64,000 nucleotides of DNA from Candidatus Krumholzibacteriia bacterium (GTDB lineage: Bacteria; Krumholzibacteriota; Krumholzibacteriia; JAJRXK01), in assembly GCA_041484665.1 (NCBI GenBank), contig JBGPIA010000001.1, positions 448,001-512,000 on the forward strand. The letters are read 5' to 3'. The position numbers and the translations under genes are program-made. Below are positions 41,801 through 50,558 of this stretch, piece by piece (within the stretch, counting starts at the first letter, position 1; every line of letters starts with the position of its first letter). Below the pieces are notes generated by a model that was not told where the DNA came from, did no database searches, and saw only the letters and a list, made by a program, of their open reading frames with translations.

Positions 41801-42164
41801 ACCAGCTCGGCTTGGCAGCGGGCAGCTGCGGCGCGTTGAAGGTCGACACGTGCCAGTGCGGGGGCAGCTCGGTGAGGTCCCGGCCGATCCAGCCCTGGCG
41901 TGAGGGCACCGCGGGCGGGGCCGTCTCGAACTTTCCCTGCCGCGTGGCCGGACCGCCGAACAGGAAGAACGTGTCGGCGGCAGCCTTGGCCGCGTCGCCC
42001 ACCGGACCCCCGGTGAGCGTGCCCGCGCCGCCTGGCTGCGCGGGCTTGTAGGTGCTGTAATCTCTCGCCACGCTGTGGGTCGCCGGGCCGCCCCGGGCCG
42101 CGGCTGCCGCAGCCAAGGAGAGCGTGAGTGCAACTCCCGTCACGAGAGAGAGGATCTGTCTCAT
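38856..42164 (-). CDS. Large (about 1100 aa) secreted protein of unknown function with a FlgD-Ig/T9SS-like C-terminal tail
   Basis: Signal MRQILSLVTG...AAAAA-R; GYGNNWNDWL, YDTEPGYD, SDGAASDEDG motifs; QNRPNPFNPVTSIEF..WNGTDATG..SGIYLYQV. Confidence 0.85.
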   Translation of the reverse strand: MRQILSLVTGVALTLSLAAAAAARGGPATHSVARDYSTYKPAQPGGAGTLTGGPVGDAAKAAADTFFLFGGPATRQGKFETAPPAVPSRQGWIGRDLTELPPHWHVSTFNAPQLPAAKPSWWQGAYTVPPTNHATWAGVPAGTPGFATAPGYGNNWNDWLDYRFFVPSAADSSAMQLAFLYNYDTEPGYDFFQTLWDSAGTMLTLLSVSASNRDTSGVFSAPAEFNRTIRYRPGTYAGPAHNQIHLRIRLGSDGAASDEDGLWPTDGGAQVDQIQVRRNGTVISQATFEGGSDGGWTPVPADFVGDFSKLFTRFQDTDPCLDNLSPQMGFIDDGTPPNNDALGRSTGGNVGTAGYGIPGGWVVNYTGGLTLGGTALNNEVWSPPFAYDLPGPADDGAVGGAFLHYLVWSDLPLLNGIFSIWHIRSYPDPNSGTWGPWVDRNFVYYGSPGAYINNSPLNTTNRLEVSDLLVNAPDSVQIAMGVVDLADIFNFPGNDATPAPLYDNIAFAKYNAVGPGFATRELDIFNDSFPQSGTPITDGTHGGFQASDLAIRLDMAQDIRPIGAANVPGDSIIVDIVARKPGAVVDESSIKMLWALDANPAFNAARAAALADLAAQPGSGVTQVGPNRWRGFVAGRPSNTAGGARVPNRWFFDLPDGPTTLAPYETPEHGLFFPGDVLRYCFSAATLNPAESAVLPADTSGFARGADYNRTYVVRGLPSAKLTVATGETTITQPKILLWNDFGRRGGENEYLFAFGQNGLREGIEYDSYTGQGPDSGVSNGLGSAGVHGANAQQLEGYECLIYVCEDLERFLISDGSGTGSNDKSDDVGVLTAWNAQPHNRYAAYFGDEIASGLGGNGLVYLANVMGVLRVANDARPSIGGQTAPQVTPTGAVPCFSTRYVAFGGCPGINSFDNIGPGAVGAVKAHAFSPGPFAPSASVYYARRDTIAAQAYDRVHVTFPYGFVYVYDVIGGPATGGGRSARANLLRDLLQCFGHPAGGGNVVAADRVATRRLVVGQNRPNPFNPVTSIEFMAPARGHVSVRVYNVRGERVATLLDANVDRGAHAVLWNGTDATGAPVGSGIYLYQVTGFGQEEVRKMALVK

Positions 42165-42565
42165 ACTGTTTCCCCCATCGTTGGTTCGATCGCGAAGGCC
42201 GTACGATTCGGGGGACGCTGGCGCGCGCGCGCCGGCACCCTCCGCAGAATGGGGTGGCAAACAGCATGGGCCTCGCGGCTGGGGGAGCAGCCCAAGGCAG
42301 GGATTCGTGATCGGGATCGCTACCTGGAGCGAAAGACTCAGCGATCCCTCAGGTGCGTCGAGTCTTCACGAAAGAGTGGAGGGCCAGGTGGGGGAGCACG
42401 CGCGCGCAGGCTTGCGATGGGTGGGGGTGGCTCGCAAGACCACTGGACGGCGGTGGGGTGGCACAGACCCGCATGCTATCTGCCACACAGGTTGCGCCGG
42501 GGGATCTCAACCTATGGATACGGAGACTCCCTGTCCCGGGTTGCACCGGGAGACGTGACGCCGCT

Positions 42566-43585
42566 GTGAAACTCCAGAGCATCGTGGCGGAAGCCGATGC
42601 CGGGCGTCGCCTGGACCGCTTCGTCCAGGCGGCGCTGGGTAACGTGCCGCCGTCCCTGGTCCAGCGTCTCCTGCGCGAGGGGAAGGTGCGCCTCAACGCC
42701 GGGCGGGGTCGGCCGGGCGACCGCATCGTGGCCGGCGATGAAGTGGTGATCCATCACCAGCCCCGCCCGGCGGACGCGGTGCGCGCTGCCCGCCCCGGCC
42801 CGTCGCCGCCCCACAGCGGGCAACCCCCGCTGGACTCCGCCGCGCCGCTGCGGGGCCCCCTCCCCGCTGTGCTCTATGAAAACGCCCGCTTCCTGCTGGT
42901 GGACAAGCCGGCGGGGTTGCCGTGCCACGCGCCGGCCGGCGCTGGCCCGTCGGTCCTGGCGTGGGCCGCGCAACGGTACGCGCCGGGTATCGCGTCGGGC
43001 CGTGTGCGCCCGGCGCTGGCGAATCGCCTGGACAAGGATACGACGGGGATCGTGGTGATCGCGCTCAGCGCCGCGGCGGTCGCCGACTTCCAGCGGCTGT
43101 TGGCCCAGGGGCGTGTGACGAAGACCTACCTGGTGGCCGTCTGGGGGACGCCTCCTGCCGATGCCTGGCGGATCGAGCTGCCGCTGGTGCGACGTCCCCA
43201 TGGCCCTCGCACTGCGCCGAAGGTCGTGGCCGCTGCAGACGCGCCGGGGGCGCGCGCGTCGTGCACCGCGCTGCGCGTGCTGGCCCGGGGGACGCACGCC
43301 GCGCTGCTGGCGGCTACGCCCGTCACGGGCCGTACCCACCAGATCCGGGCGCATCTGAAGGCTGCCGGGCTGCCCATCGTCGGCGATCCCCGTTACGGCG
43401 ACCCGTCCCGCGACCGCACCCAAGGGGTCGCTGCGCTGCTCCGCCGGCAGCTGCTGCATGCGGCGCTGCTCGCCTTCACGGACGGTGACCGGCCCGTGCG
43501 CGCCGCCGCGCCGCTGCCCGGCGACGCCCGGGCGGCGCTGGCGCGGCTGGGTCTGCCTGCTGCGGATCCGGAGCTATTGGGTTGA
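42566..43585 (+). CDS. RluA family pseudouridine synthase with an S4 domain (RluC/RluD-like)
   Basis: RLDRFV, VDKPAGL, NRLDKDTTG (catalytic Asp), TGRTHQIRAH, PIVGDPRYG. Confidence 0.92.
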   Translation: MKLQSIVAEADAGRRLDRFVQAALGNVPPSLVQRLLREGKVRLNAGRGRPGDRIVAGDEVVIHHQPRPADAVRAARPGPSPPHSGQPPLDSAAPLRGPLPAVLYENARFLLVDKPAGLPCHAPAGAGPSVLAWAAQRYAPGIASGRVRPALANRLDKDTTGIVVIALSAAAVADFQRLLAQGRVTKTYLVAVWGTPPADAWRIELPLVRRPHGPRTAPKVVAAADAPGARASCTALRVLARGTHAALLAATPVTGRTHQIRAHLKAAGLPIVGDPRYGDPSRDRTQGVAALLRRQLLHAALLAFTDGDRPVRAAAPLPGDARAALARLGLPAADPELLG

Positions 43586-45952
43586 GAGATGCCAGCGCTC
43601 GCGCAGGATCCACAGCAGTGCGCTGCGCAGATCGCCGAGGTCGAACGCCAGCGGGTGGAAGCCCCAGAGGTAGTCCTCCGCGCCGGGGAGTTGCTTGGTC
43701 TGCGCGTAAACCGTGCTGGCGATGGCGACCGGGGCGTGGTCGAGCGACGAGACGAGCCGGTGCTCCGGGAAGCAGAGTGAATCCGGTCGATCCACCCAGC
43801 CCTCCTCGCGGCGCGCCCGCAGCCGGTACATCGTCTGCTGACAGCTGCGTACGCTGAGGCTCACATCCCGGCGCGTGACGTTGGCGTTGTAGAACTCCTC
43901 GCGGTCGAACTGGTAGTAGGCGATCGTCTGCCCGAACTGCGCATCGCGCTCGGAGGTCGGGCGCAAGTCGTTCACCTCCCCGCGCGCGCTCGGGTACGCA
44001 TTGAGGAAGTCGTCATCGACCACGGCGCGCACCATCGCGTCACACTCCCTGGTCCGCAGCCGGCCGGCGCCGATGAGCTCACCAAAGATCTGACCGGGCG
44101 CGGGGCGAACCGAGTCGATTGCCTCGAGACACCAGGCGGTGTAGGGGTAGCGCAGCGTTCCCCGGTTGAAGGTTGAGCCGTCGACGGACAGGGCGGTACC
44201 AAAGCCCAGGTCACCGCCGTCCGGGACGTTGAACACCACGGGCAGGCGCCAGACGGGCGGATTGAACTCGATCGTCCCATTCATCGATTGCGGACCGCAG
44301 AACAGCACGTTGCCCACGCGCGCCTGGTAGACCTCGAACCAGTTGTAGCGCGTCGCCGTCGTGCTGAGGGGCGCCAGCAACTCGTGGAACTGGGTCTTGA
44401 AGTCGCTGCCCTTGTTGAAGTAGATGACGCCCTTGTAGTTGTTCAGCCGGCGGAAGGTGAAGCCCGTGGGGTCGTCGTGGGTGTCCAGCACGTCGGTGCC
44501 CCGGTCGAAGTTGGTCACCCGCCCCAGCAGTAGGGAGTTCCACCGGTCGTCCCACTTGCGCTCCAGGTTGCTCTCCAGCGCGGTGTTCCCCCGCGGCCAG
44601 TCCTGCACCAGCAGCAGATCACGCTGCTCATCGCGCCGCGCGACCTGGATGACATCGAACTGGAAGATGGCGCGCGTGACGGTCCCAGAGTTGTCCCGCA
44701 CCTGCACCACAAAATTCGGCGTGCCCTGCCCGAAGGACCTGGGGTTCGCCCGCCGATAGAGTTCTCCCAGGCCCCAGCCCACGGCCCAGCCCGGGTCGTT
44801 GGAATCGTTGTAGTCCTGCACCTCCCAGCCGTAGCGGAAGGCCTCGACGATCCCGGCGTAGGAGCTGGCGCCGGCGGTCCACGAGAACTGCAACGGCTGG
44901 CCGCTGACGATCTCGAAGGACTGGATCGTCCCCGGGCCGGAGAAATCGAAGGTCCCCAGGAACGGCTCGCTCACGGTCAGGAGCGGCCGGTTGCCGTCGG
45001 CGATCTGTACGTGGCGCACGTTCTCCCCCCACTCCAGCGTCGGGGTCACGGCGCCGGCGACGTCCTTCGCCTGGACGGCGAAGAAGAAGCTGCGCAGGAG
45101 GTCCTGGCGCCGCAGGGTTACGATCCGGCCGCTGTCCTGCGCTGCCCGGTACGGAATCCACGGGCTCCAGAGCGCGTCGGGCACGCTGGCCAGGGGATTC
45201 TCGCGCTCGTACTGCGTGCGCGTGTAGCAGCCTGGGACTTCATAGAGCAGGTAGCGCACCGACGCCGGCTCGAGGTTGGCGGCGTCGGGGTCCTGTCCGG
45301 TCCAGCCGAACGTGAGCACGCGGGCGGCGCTGACGCAGGACGTGGTCGTCTGCGCTGCAGGGATGTCGATGGCGATGATCGGGGTGAGCGTGGTGGCCGT
45401 GAAGCTCACCGTGGCCGGTGTAGGGTCGCCGACCCCATCGTTGTCCACCGCGCGCAGGAAGAAGGTGTGGGTCTGCCAGGCGCGGTAGCTGTGGGGATCC
45501 TGCCGGGGATCGGCGACGTCGATCGAGAAGGAGTCGAGGTCGGCCTGCACGACGAAGACCGAGTCGGTGACGGCCGTGCGGTGCCAGCGCAACCCCAGTG
45601 TGTCCGTTACGTCGACCTTGCCGTCGCGACCGTTGTTGCTGATGCGCCACTGGAAGTGGTCGATCCAGCCGTCGCGATCGGACCCGGTCCAGAAGAAGTG
45701 GACGGTGAATTCGGTCTGGGCCAGGACGGGCGGAGTGCCGGTCACGCGGCTGTCGGGGGCGGCATCGGGCACCACCGTCCCCATGAACGTGGAGTCGCCC
45801 CCGCATCCGGCGGCCAGCAGCGACGCCACGATTCCCAGCGCCAGGCAGAGCGCGGGCGTTGCGCCGGCTTTGCGGACGCAGGCGGTCGCTCCCTGGCGGT
45901 GCGAGTGTGCGGGGGAATGACTACAGGTCGCTCTTGCGCTCCCAGACCCCAT
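43574..45952 (-). CDS. Large putative lipoprotein of unknown function; start codon uncertain
   Basis: Lipobox LAAG-C; Ig/FN3-like motifs (FFWTGSDRDG, HTFFLRAVDNDG, FAVQAKDVAG, FVVQVRDNSG). Confidence 0.75.
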   Translation of the reverse strand: MGSGSARATCSHSPAHSHRQGATACVRKAGATPALCLALGIVASLLAAGCGGDSTFMGTVVPDAAPDSRVTGTPPVLAQTEFTVHFFWTGSDRDGWIDHFQWRISNNGRDGKVDVTDTLGLRWHRTAVTDSVFVVQADLDSFSIDVADPRQDPHSYRAWQTHTFFLRAVDNDGVGDPTPATVSFTATTLTPIIAIDIPAAQTTTSCVSAARVLTFGWTGQDPDAANLEPASVRYLLYEVPGCYTRTQYERENPLASVPDALWSPWIPYRAAQDSGRIVTLRRQDLLRSFFFAVQAKDVAGAVTPTLEWGENVRHVQIADGNRPLLTVSEPFLGTFDFSGPGTIQSFEIVSGQPLQFSWTAGASSYAGIVEAFRYGWEVQDYNDSNDPGWAVGWGLGELYRRANPRSFGQGTPNFVVQVRDNSGTVTRAIFQFDVIQVARRDEQRDLLLVQDWPRGNTALESNLERKWDDRWNSLLLGRVTNFDRGTDVLDTHDDPTGFTFRRLNNYKGVIYFNKGSDFKTQFHELLAPLSTTATRYNWFEVYQARVGNVLFCGPQSMNGTIEFNPPVWRLPVVFNVPDGGDLGFGTALSVDGSTFNRGTLRYPYTAWCLEAIDSVRPAPGQIFGELIGAGRLRTRECDAMVRAVVDDDFLNAYPSARGEVNDLRPTSERDAQFGQTIAYYQFDREEFYNANVTRRDVSLSVRSCQQTMYRLRARREEGWVDRPDSLCFPEHRLVSSLDHAPVAIASTVYAQTKQLPGAEDYLWGFHPLAFDLGDLRSALLWILRERWHLSTQ

Positions 45953-46130
45953 TCGCGCTCTCGAAGTACTCGCCGCGCAACGCCTCCCAGGCGAGGGTCT
46001 CCGCTCGCGCGGTATCGCCACTCGTCTGCTGGAGCGCCCTGCGATAGGCTTCACGGAAGAGTTCTTGTCCCTGCAGGGGCACGTTGTCCAGCACGATCCT
46101 GGGAAGGTCGGAGAACATCCGGTGTACCAT
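45921..46130 (-). CDS. chaB: ChaB family protein
   Basis: SDLP..V...VP..GQELFREAY..A......A...AWEALRGEY....GVW pattern; AGGAGG RBS. Confidence 0.75.
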   Translation of the reverse strand: MVHRMFSDLPRIVLDNVPLQGQELFREAYRRALQQTSGDTARAETLAWEALRGEYFESANGVWERKSDL

Positions 46131-46416
46131 CGCGCGCCTCCTCTGGTGACGGAATGCGCTCACGCGGCGGGCCGGAACACCCGAGAAACGGGAGTGGGGG
46201 CCCGCTTCCTCGTGCAATGAGTACGAAACCGGCCGCCGTCGCGCCAGCCTCCCGTTGTTGTGCCCGCACCGGTCGGGATGCTAGGGTCAGTTTTTCGCCG
46301 GCCCGGCCCGCCCCATCCTCCCGGGCAAACCCAGTTCCCCAGTGCCCGACCCCTGCCCCCGGCCGGGCGCGCGCGGTTGCGCGCGGGGTCAGAAGGGCTG
46401 CGCCGTGCTCTTCCGG

Positions 46417-47784
46417 ATGCTCCGTGGCGGCCGCGCGTCCGCCTTCTCCCCGGGCGTGATCGCACCCACCTTGCTGCTGGCCACCGCTCCCGTGGGAGCC
46501 GCTCCGTTCGAGGCGGGGAGCGTCCAGGAACACGCGCTCGCCAATGGGATGAAGGTGATCCTTTGCCCGGACCCCTCGATCCCCAATCTCGCGATCTACA
46601 CGTTCTGGCGGGTGGGGAGCCGCAACGAGGCTCCGGGGATCACGGGGTTGGCCCATTTCTTCGAGCACATGATGTTCAACGGGTCGCGCAACGTCCCGCC
46701 CGGCGAGTTCGATCGGCGGATGGAGGCGGCTGGCGGGTCGAACAACGCGTACACGAGCAACGACGTGACGGTGTACCAGGACTGGGTCCCCGCCTCCGCC
46801 CTGGATCTGACGCTGGACCTGGAGCGCGATCGCATCGGTTGGCTCTCGGTGGACCCGAAGCTGGTCGAGAGCGAGCGGGGCGTGGTCATGAGCGAGCGCC
46901 GCCGCACCGTGGAGGACGACAACTACAATCTCATGCACGAGCAGCTCCACGCCGCCGCGTTCATGGCGCACCCCTACCAGTGGCCCGTGATCGGCTGGCG
47001 CAGCGATATCCAGAGCTGGCGCCAGGAGGACGTCGAGGCATTCCACCGCAGCTGGTACGCCCCCAACAACGCCACACTGGTGCTCGTCGGCGCCTTCGAC
47101 CCCGGCAAGGCGCTGGCTCTGCTGCAGCAGAAGCTGGGATCGATCCCCGGACGGGAGCTGCCGCGGGGCGTCGTCACGGTGGAGCCGGAGCAACACGGGG
47201 AGCGGCGCGTCGAGCTGCGCAAGCAAGCCGGGCTGTGGAGCGTGCTGGCGGGCTTTCACGTGTCCGCGACCGTGGAGGCGGACACGCGCGTCCTGGAGCT
47301 GATCGACCTGATCCTGGCGAAAGGCGAGAGCAGCCGTCTGTACCGCAGGCTCGTGGACCACGACCAGCTCGCCCTGGAGGTCGACTGCGAGCTCGGCCTG
47401 AACTTCGATCCAGGGCTCTACACGATCCTGGTCGAGGGGCGCGAGGGCGTGCAGGGGACGCCGATGGAGGCGGCGCTCTACCAGGAGCTCGCGCGCCTGG
47501 GCAGCGAGGCGGTCTCCGACCGCGAGCTGCGCAAGGCCAAGAACATCCGCCTCGCGCACTTCTATGAGGGGATTGCCACGATCAGCGGCAAGGCAGAGGC
47601 GCTGGGCGTGTACGAGCTCTTCCACGGCGGGTGGCGGTCGCTATTCGGCGCAGCCGCCGAGTACGAGTCCGTGACCGCCGCGGACGTACTGCGCGTGGCG
47701 CGGGCGTACCTGCGCCCGGAGAACCGCACGGTGGTGACGCTGATTCCCACCGATCCGGCCAAGGGGGCGGAGGATGCGCGTTGA
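46417..47784 (+). CDS. M16 family zinc peptidase, catalytic subunit
   Basis: GLAHFFEHMMFNG (HxxEH), NAYTS, ERRR, HPYQWPVIG, YAPNNA. Confidence 0.92.
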   Translation: MLRGGRASAFSPGVIAPTLLLATAPVGAAPFEAGSVQEHALANGMKVILCPDPSIPNLAIYTFWRVGSRNEAPGITGLAHFFEHMMFNGSRNVPPGEFDRRMEAAGGSNNAYTSNDVTVYQDWVPASALDLTLDLERDRIGWLSVDPKLVESERGVVMSERRRTVEDDNYNLMHEQLHAAAFMAHPYQWPVIGWRSDIQSWRQEDVEAFHRSWYAPNNATLVLVGAFDPGKALALLQQKLGSIPGRELPRGVVTVEPEQHGERRVELRKQAGLWSVLAGFHVSATVEADTRVLELIDLILAKGESSRLYRRLVDHDQLALEVDCELGLNFDPGLYTILVEGREGVQGTPMEAALYQELARLGSEAVSDRELRKAKNIRLAHFYEGIATISGKAEALGVYELFHGGWRSLFGAAAEYESVTAADVLRVARAYLRPENRTVVTLIPTDPAKGAEDAR

Positions 47785-49300
47785 GGGAGCACGGAACGGC
47801 GGCAGGCCAGCCGGCGCGCCGTCGATCGGCCGGCAGTCCTGGAGCGCGGCGCTGGAGGGCGCGCAGTCGGGCCTGCGCGGATCCGGGGACCGGCGTCCGC
47901 ACCGCGCGCGGTGGGCCTGCGGGGCGCTGGCGCTGGGAGCGGCGATGCTGACCCAGGCGGCGCACGCCGCGGACGCCCCCGCGTTGCGGCTGCCCCCGTT
48001 CAAGGACGTCACGCTGCGCAACGGGCTGCGCCTGCTGGTGGCGGAGCGGCGCAACGTGCCGCTGGTCAGCCTGGAGCTGTGGATCGAGGCGGGCGCTGCG
48101 CTCGACCCCCCGGGGAAGGAGGGGCTGGCGTCGCTGACGGCGGACGCCCTGCGCAAGGGCGCCGGGTCCCATGACGCGGCGGCCTTCGCCGAGGCGCTGG
48201 ATTTCCTCGGCGCGAACCTCTCGACAACGGTGGATCACGTCAACGCCGTGCTGCAGTTGGAGCTCTTGTCGAAGGACTTCGACGCCGGCCTGGCGCTGCT
48301 CGGGGACGCTGTCGTGCGCCCGCAGCTGCCGGCCGACGAGATCGCCAAGCTCGCCGCGCAGATGGCCGACGCCGTGGTCCAGGCCAAGGACAATCCGCGG
48401 CTGATGATCAACGAGTACTTCCGGGCATTCTTGTACGGAGACCATCCGCTGGGCAATCCGGTGAACGGCACGGAGCACGGCGCGGCCTCGATCACGCGCG
48501 CGGACGCCGAGCGCTTCTACCGCGCGCACTACGGCAGCGACCGCGCGATCCTCGCGGTCGTGGGCGACGTGCGCGCCGACGAGGTGGCGGCCAAGGTGGA
48601 GGCGGCCTTCGCGGCCCTGCCCCGCGCCACCGCCGTGCGCCTCGCGCTGGAGCCGCCGGCACGCCCGGACCGATCGCGCGTGCTGCTGGTGAACAAACCG
48701 GACACTCCGCAGACCTGGTTCCAGATCGGCGGCCTGGGCCCCGCTTGGGGCGATCCGGACTATGCGGCCAGCGAGGTCGTCAGGACGGTACTGGGGGGTC
48801 GCTTCACGAGCTGGCTCAACACCGCGCTGCGCATTGAGAGCGGGCTGACGTATGGGGCGACCTGGGGCGTGCTGCGCAGCAAGGTGGCCGGCCCCTCACG
48901 ACTTTCGAGCTTCACGGCGACCGAACACACGCAGCAGGCCATCGATCTGGCCTTGGCGCAACTCGCGCGGCTGCACCGTGACGGCATCGACGAGCCGGCG
49001 TTGGCCGCGGCCAAGTCCTACCTGAAGGGACAGCTCCCCTACGACTACGAGACCGGGCGCGATCTTGCGTCGGCGCTGTGCCTGACCTCCTACTACGGCC
49101 TCGGCCGGCAGTTCGTGGACGGCCTGTTCGCCGGCATCGACGCGGTGGACACGGCCGCCTGCCGCGTAGCCATCGCGCGCGACTTCCCGGTGGAGAAGCT
49201 CGTATTCGCGACCATCGGGGTGGCGGACAAGGTGCGCGAGGTGCTGGCCCGCTACGGCGAGGTGACGGTGCGGGAGAACGCGGCCGAAGGCTTCCGCTGA
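47774..49300 (+). CDS. M16 family peptidase, non-catalytic partner subunit
   Basis: LRNGLRL, GLASLTA (no HxxEH), LGGRFTSWLNTALRIESGLTY (R/Y motif). Confidence 0.88.
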   Translation: MRVEGARNGGRPAGAPSIGRQSWSAALEGAQSGLRGSGDRRPHRARWACGALALGAAMLTQAAHAADAPALRLPPFKDVTLRNGLRLLVAERRNVPLVSLELWIEAGAALDPPGKEGLASLTADALRKGAGSHDAAAFAEALDFLGANLSTTVDHVNAVLQLELLSKDFDAGLALLGDAVVRPQLPADEIAKLAAQMADAVVQAKDNPRLMINEYFRAFLYGDHPLGNPVNGTEHGAASITRADAERFYRAHYGSDRAILAVVGDVRADEVAAKVEAAFAALPRATAVRLALEPPARPDRSRVLLVNKPDTPQTWFQIGGLGPAWGDPDYAASEVVRTVLGGRFTSWLNTALRIESGLTYGATWGVLRSKVAGPSRLSSFTATEHTQQAIDLALAQLARLHRDGIDEPALAAAKSYLKGQLPYDYETGRDLASALCLTSYYGLGRQFVDGLFAGIDAVDTAACRVAIARDFPVEKLVFATIGVADKVREVLARYGEVTVRENAAEGFR

Positions 49301-49361
49301 GCCGCCCGCTCTCCCGCCTCTGCTGAGTTGCTGCAGGACGTGCGGGCGAACCGTGCACGGC

Positions 49362-49415
49362 GGGCGGCATGGGCGGCATGGGCAGCGCGGGTGGCGCGGG
49401 TGGCGCGGGCCGCTC
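49362..49415. repeat. Intergenic imperfect 9-bp minisatellite x6 (GGGYRGCRY)
   Basis: gggcggcat gggcggcat gggcagcgc gggtggcgc gggtggcgc gggccgctc. Confidence 0.65.
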
Positions 49416-49436
49416 GTGGCCGGAACGGGCCGCGCC

Positions 49437-49901
49437 TCAGGCGCTTCCGCCGCCCGGGCGCGGGATCGGGAGGGGATGGCCCCCCGGGTCCACGTTCACG
49501 TAGACCACGTCGGCCTGTGTTACCAGCACGCTGGCGTCGCTCTCGGTGCGACGCTCCGACTCCACGGTCACGCGCACCGTGAGCGAGGTGCGCCCGACGC
49601 GCAGGATTTCGGTGTAGAAGCTCACGAGGTCGCCCACGTAGACCGGATGGTGGAACTCCACCTTGTTCATCGCCGCCGTCACGACGCGGGTGCACCCCAG
49701 ACGGTGCGCCTCGACCGCGCCGGCCTGGTCGATGTGGCTGAGGATGATCCCGCCGAAGATCGTTCCCCAGGCGTTGGTGTCGCGGGGCATCATCAGCACC
49801 CGGATGGCGGGCATCCGCGGGGCCGGTGCACGTCCGGCGCCGGGCTCAGCGCGACCGCGCGCGCGACCGGAAGCGGAGGAGCCGGGGGTTCGACCGTCCA
49901 T
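49437..49901 (-). CDS. Acyl-CoA thioesterase (YciA-like hotdog fold)
   Basis: MMPRDTNAWGTIFGGIILSHIDQAG, VGRTS, VVYVNVD. Confidence 0.9.
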   Translation of the reverse strand: MDGRTPGSSASGRARGRAEPGAGRAPAPRMPAIRVLMMPRDTNAWGTIFGGIILSHIDQAGAVEAHRLGCTRVVTAAMNKVEFHHPVYVGDLVSFYTEILRVGRTSLTVRVTVESERRTESDASVLVTQADVVYVNVDPGGHPLPIPRPGGGSA

Positions 49902-50075
49902 GATCCGAGGTCCCTTCGGGGTCGGGCTACCCTAGAGCGGGGGCGCGGATCTGGCAAGCCGCCGCCGGACGGCCTACACTGTCCCGCCGCTCCCTTGGAA
50001 TCGCACCTCGCGCGGGATGGCACGCAACCCGCGGCCCGATCCGGTCTCCGGCGCGGCCGCAGCCAGGAGGCATCC

Positions 50076-50558
50076 GTGGCAAAGCTCGAGGCCGGCCTCA
50101 AGGCGCCGGCGTTCCGGCTCAAGGACGGCGGCGGCGCCTGGGTGAGCCTGAAGGATGACATCCTCGGCAGCCGCGCGGTGATCTACTTCTACCCGAAGGA
50201 CGACACGCCGGGCTGCACCAAGGAGGCGTGCAGCTTCCGCGACCACTCCGCGGAGCTGCGCAAGCGCAGGGTGAAGGTCTACGGCATCAGCGCGGATACG
50301 GAGGCGAGCCACCAGAAGTTCGCGGCGAAGTACACCCTGCGCTTCCCCCTGCTCTGCGACCCGGGACACGTGGTCGCCCGCGCCTACGGCGCGTACGGCG
50401 AGAAGACCATGTACGGCAAGAAGGTGACGGGGGTGATCCGCAGCACGATCCTGCTGGAGGGGGACGGCCGCATCGCGCACATCTGGCGTAAGGTGGACAC
50501 CGCGCGTCACGCGCAGGAGATCCTCACCAAGCTGGACGAGCTCGACGCGCGCGCCTAG
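50076..50558 (+). CDS. bcp: Peroxiredoxin BCP/PrxQ (2-Cys)
   Basis: YFYPKDDTPGCTKEACSFRD; AGGAGG RBS. Confidence 0.93.
   Translation: MAKLEAGLKAPAFRLKDGGGAWVSLKDDILGSRAVIYFYPKDDTPGCTKEACSFRDHSAELRKRRVKVYGISADTEASHQKFAAKYTLRFPLLCDPGHVVARAYGAYGEKTMYGKKVTGVIRSTILLEGDGRIAHIWRKVDTARHAQEILTKLDELDARA

Noticed and set aside
38973..41903. 976-aa plus-strand ORF and other long antisense ORFs (e.g. 6038-8329, 20140-22497, 53238-55697)
   Set aside because: Shadow ORFs of real genes in high-GC DNA, with no recognisable domains
42255..42385. c-di-GMP-I riboswitch-like CGAAAGAGTGG
   Set aside because: It lacks the adjacent GGCAAAC and GACGCAAAG elements in the required arrangement
47774..49300. Missing HxxEH in the second M16 gene as a novelty
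   Set aside because: Active/inactive M16B heterodimer pairs are well known
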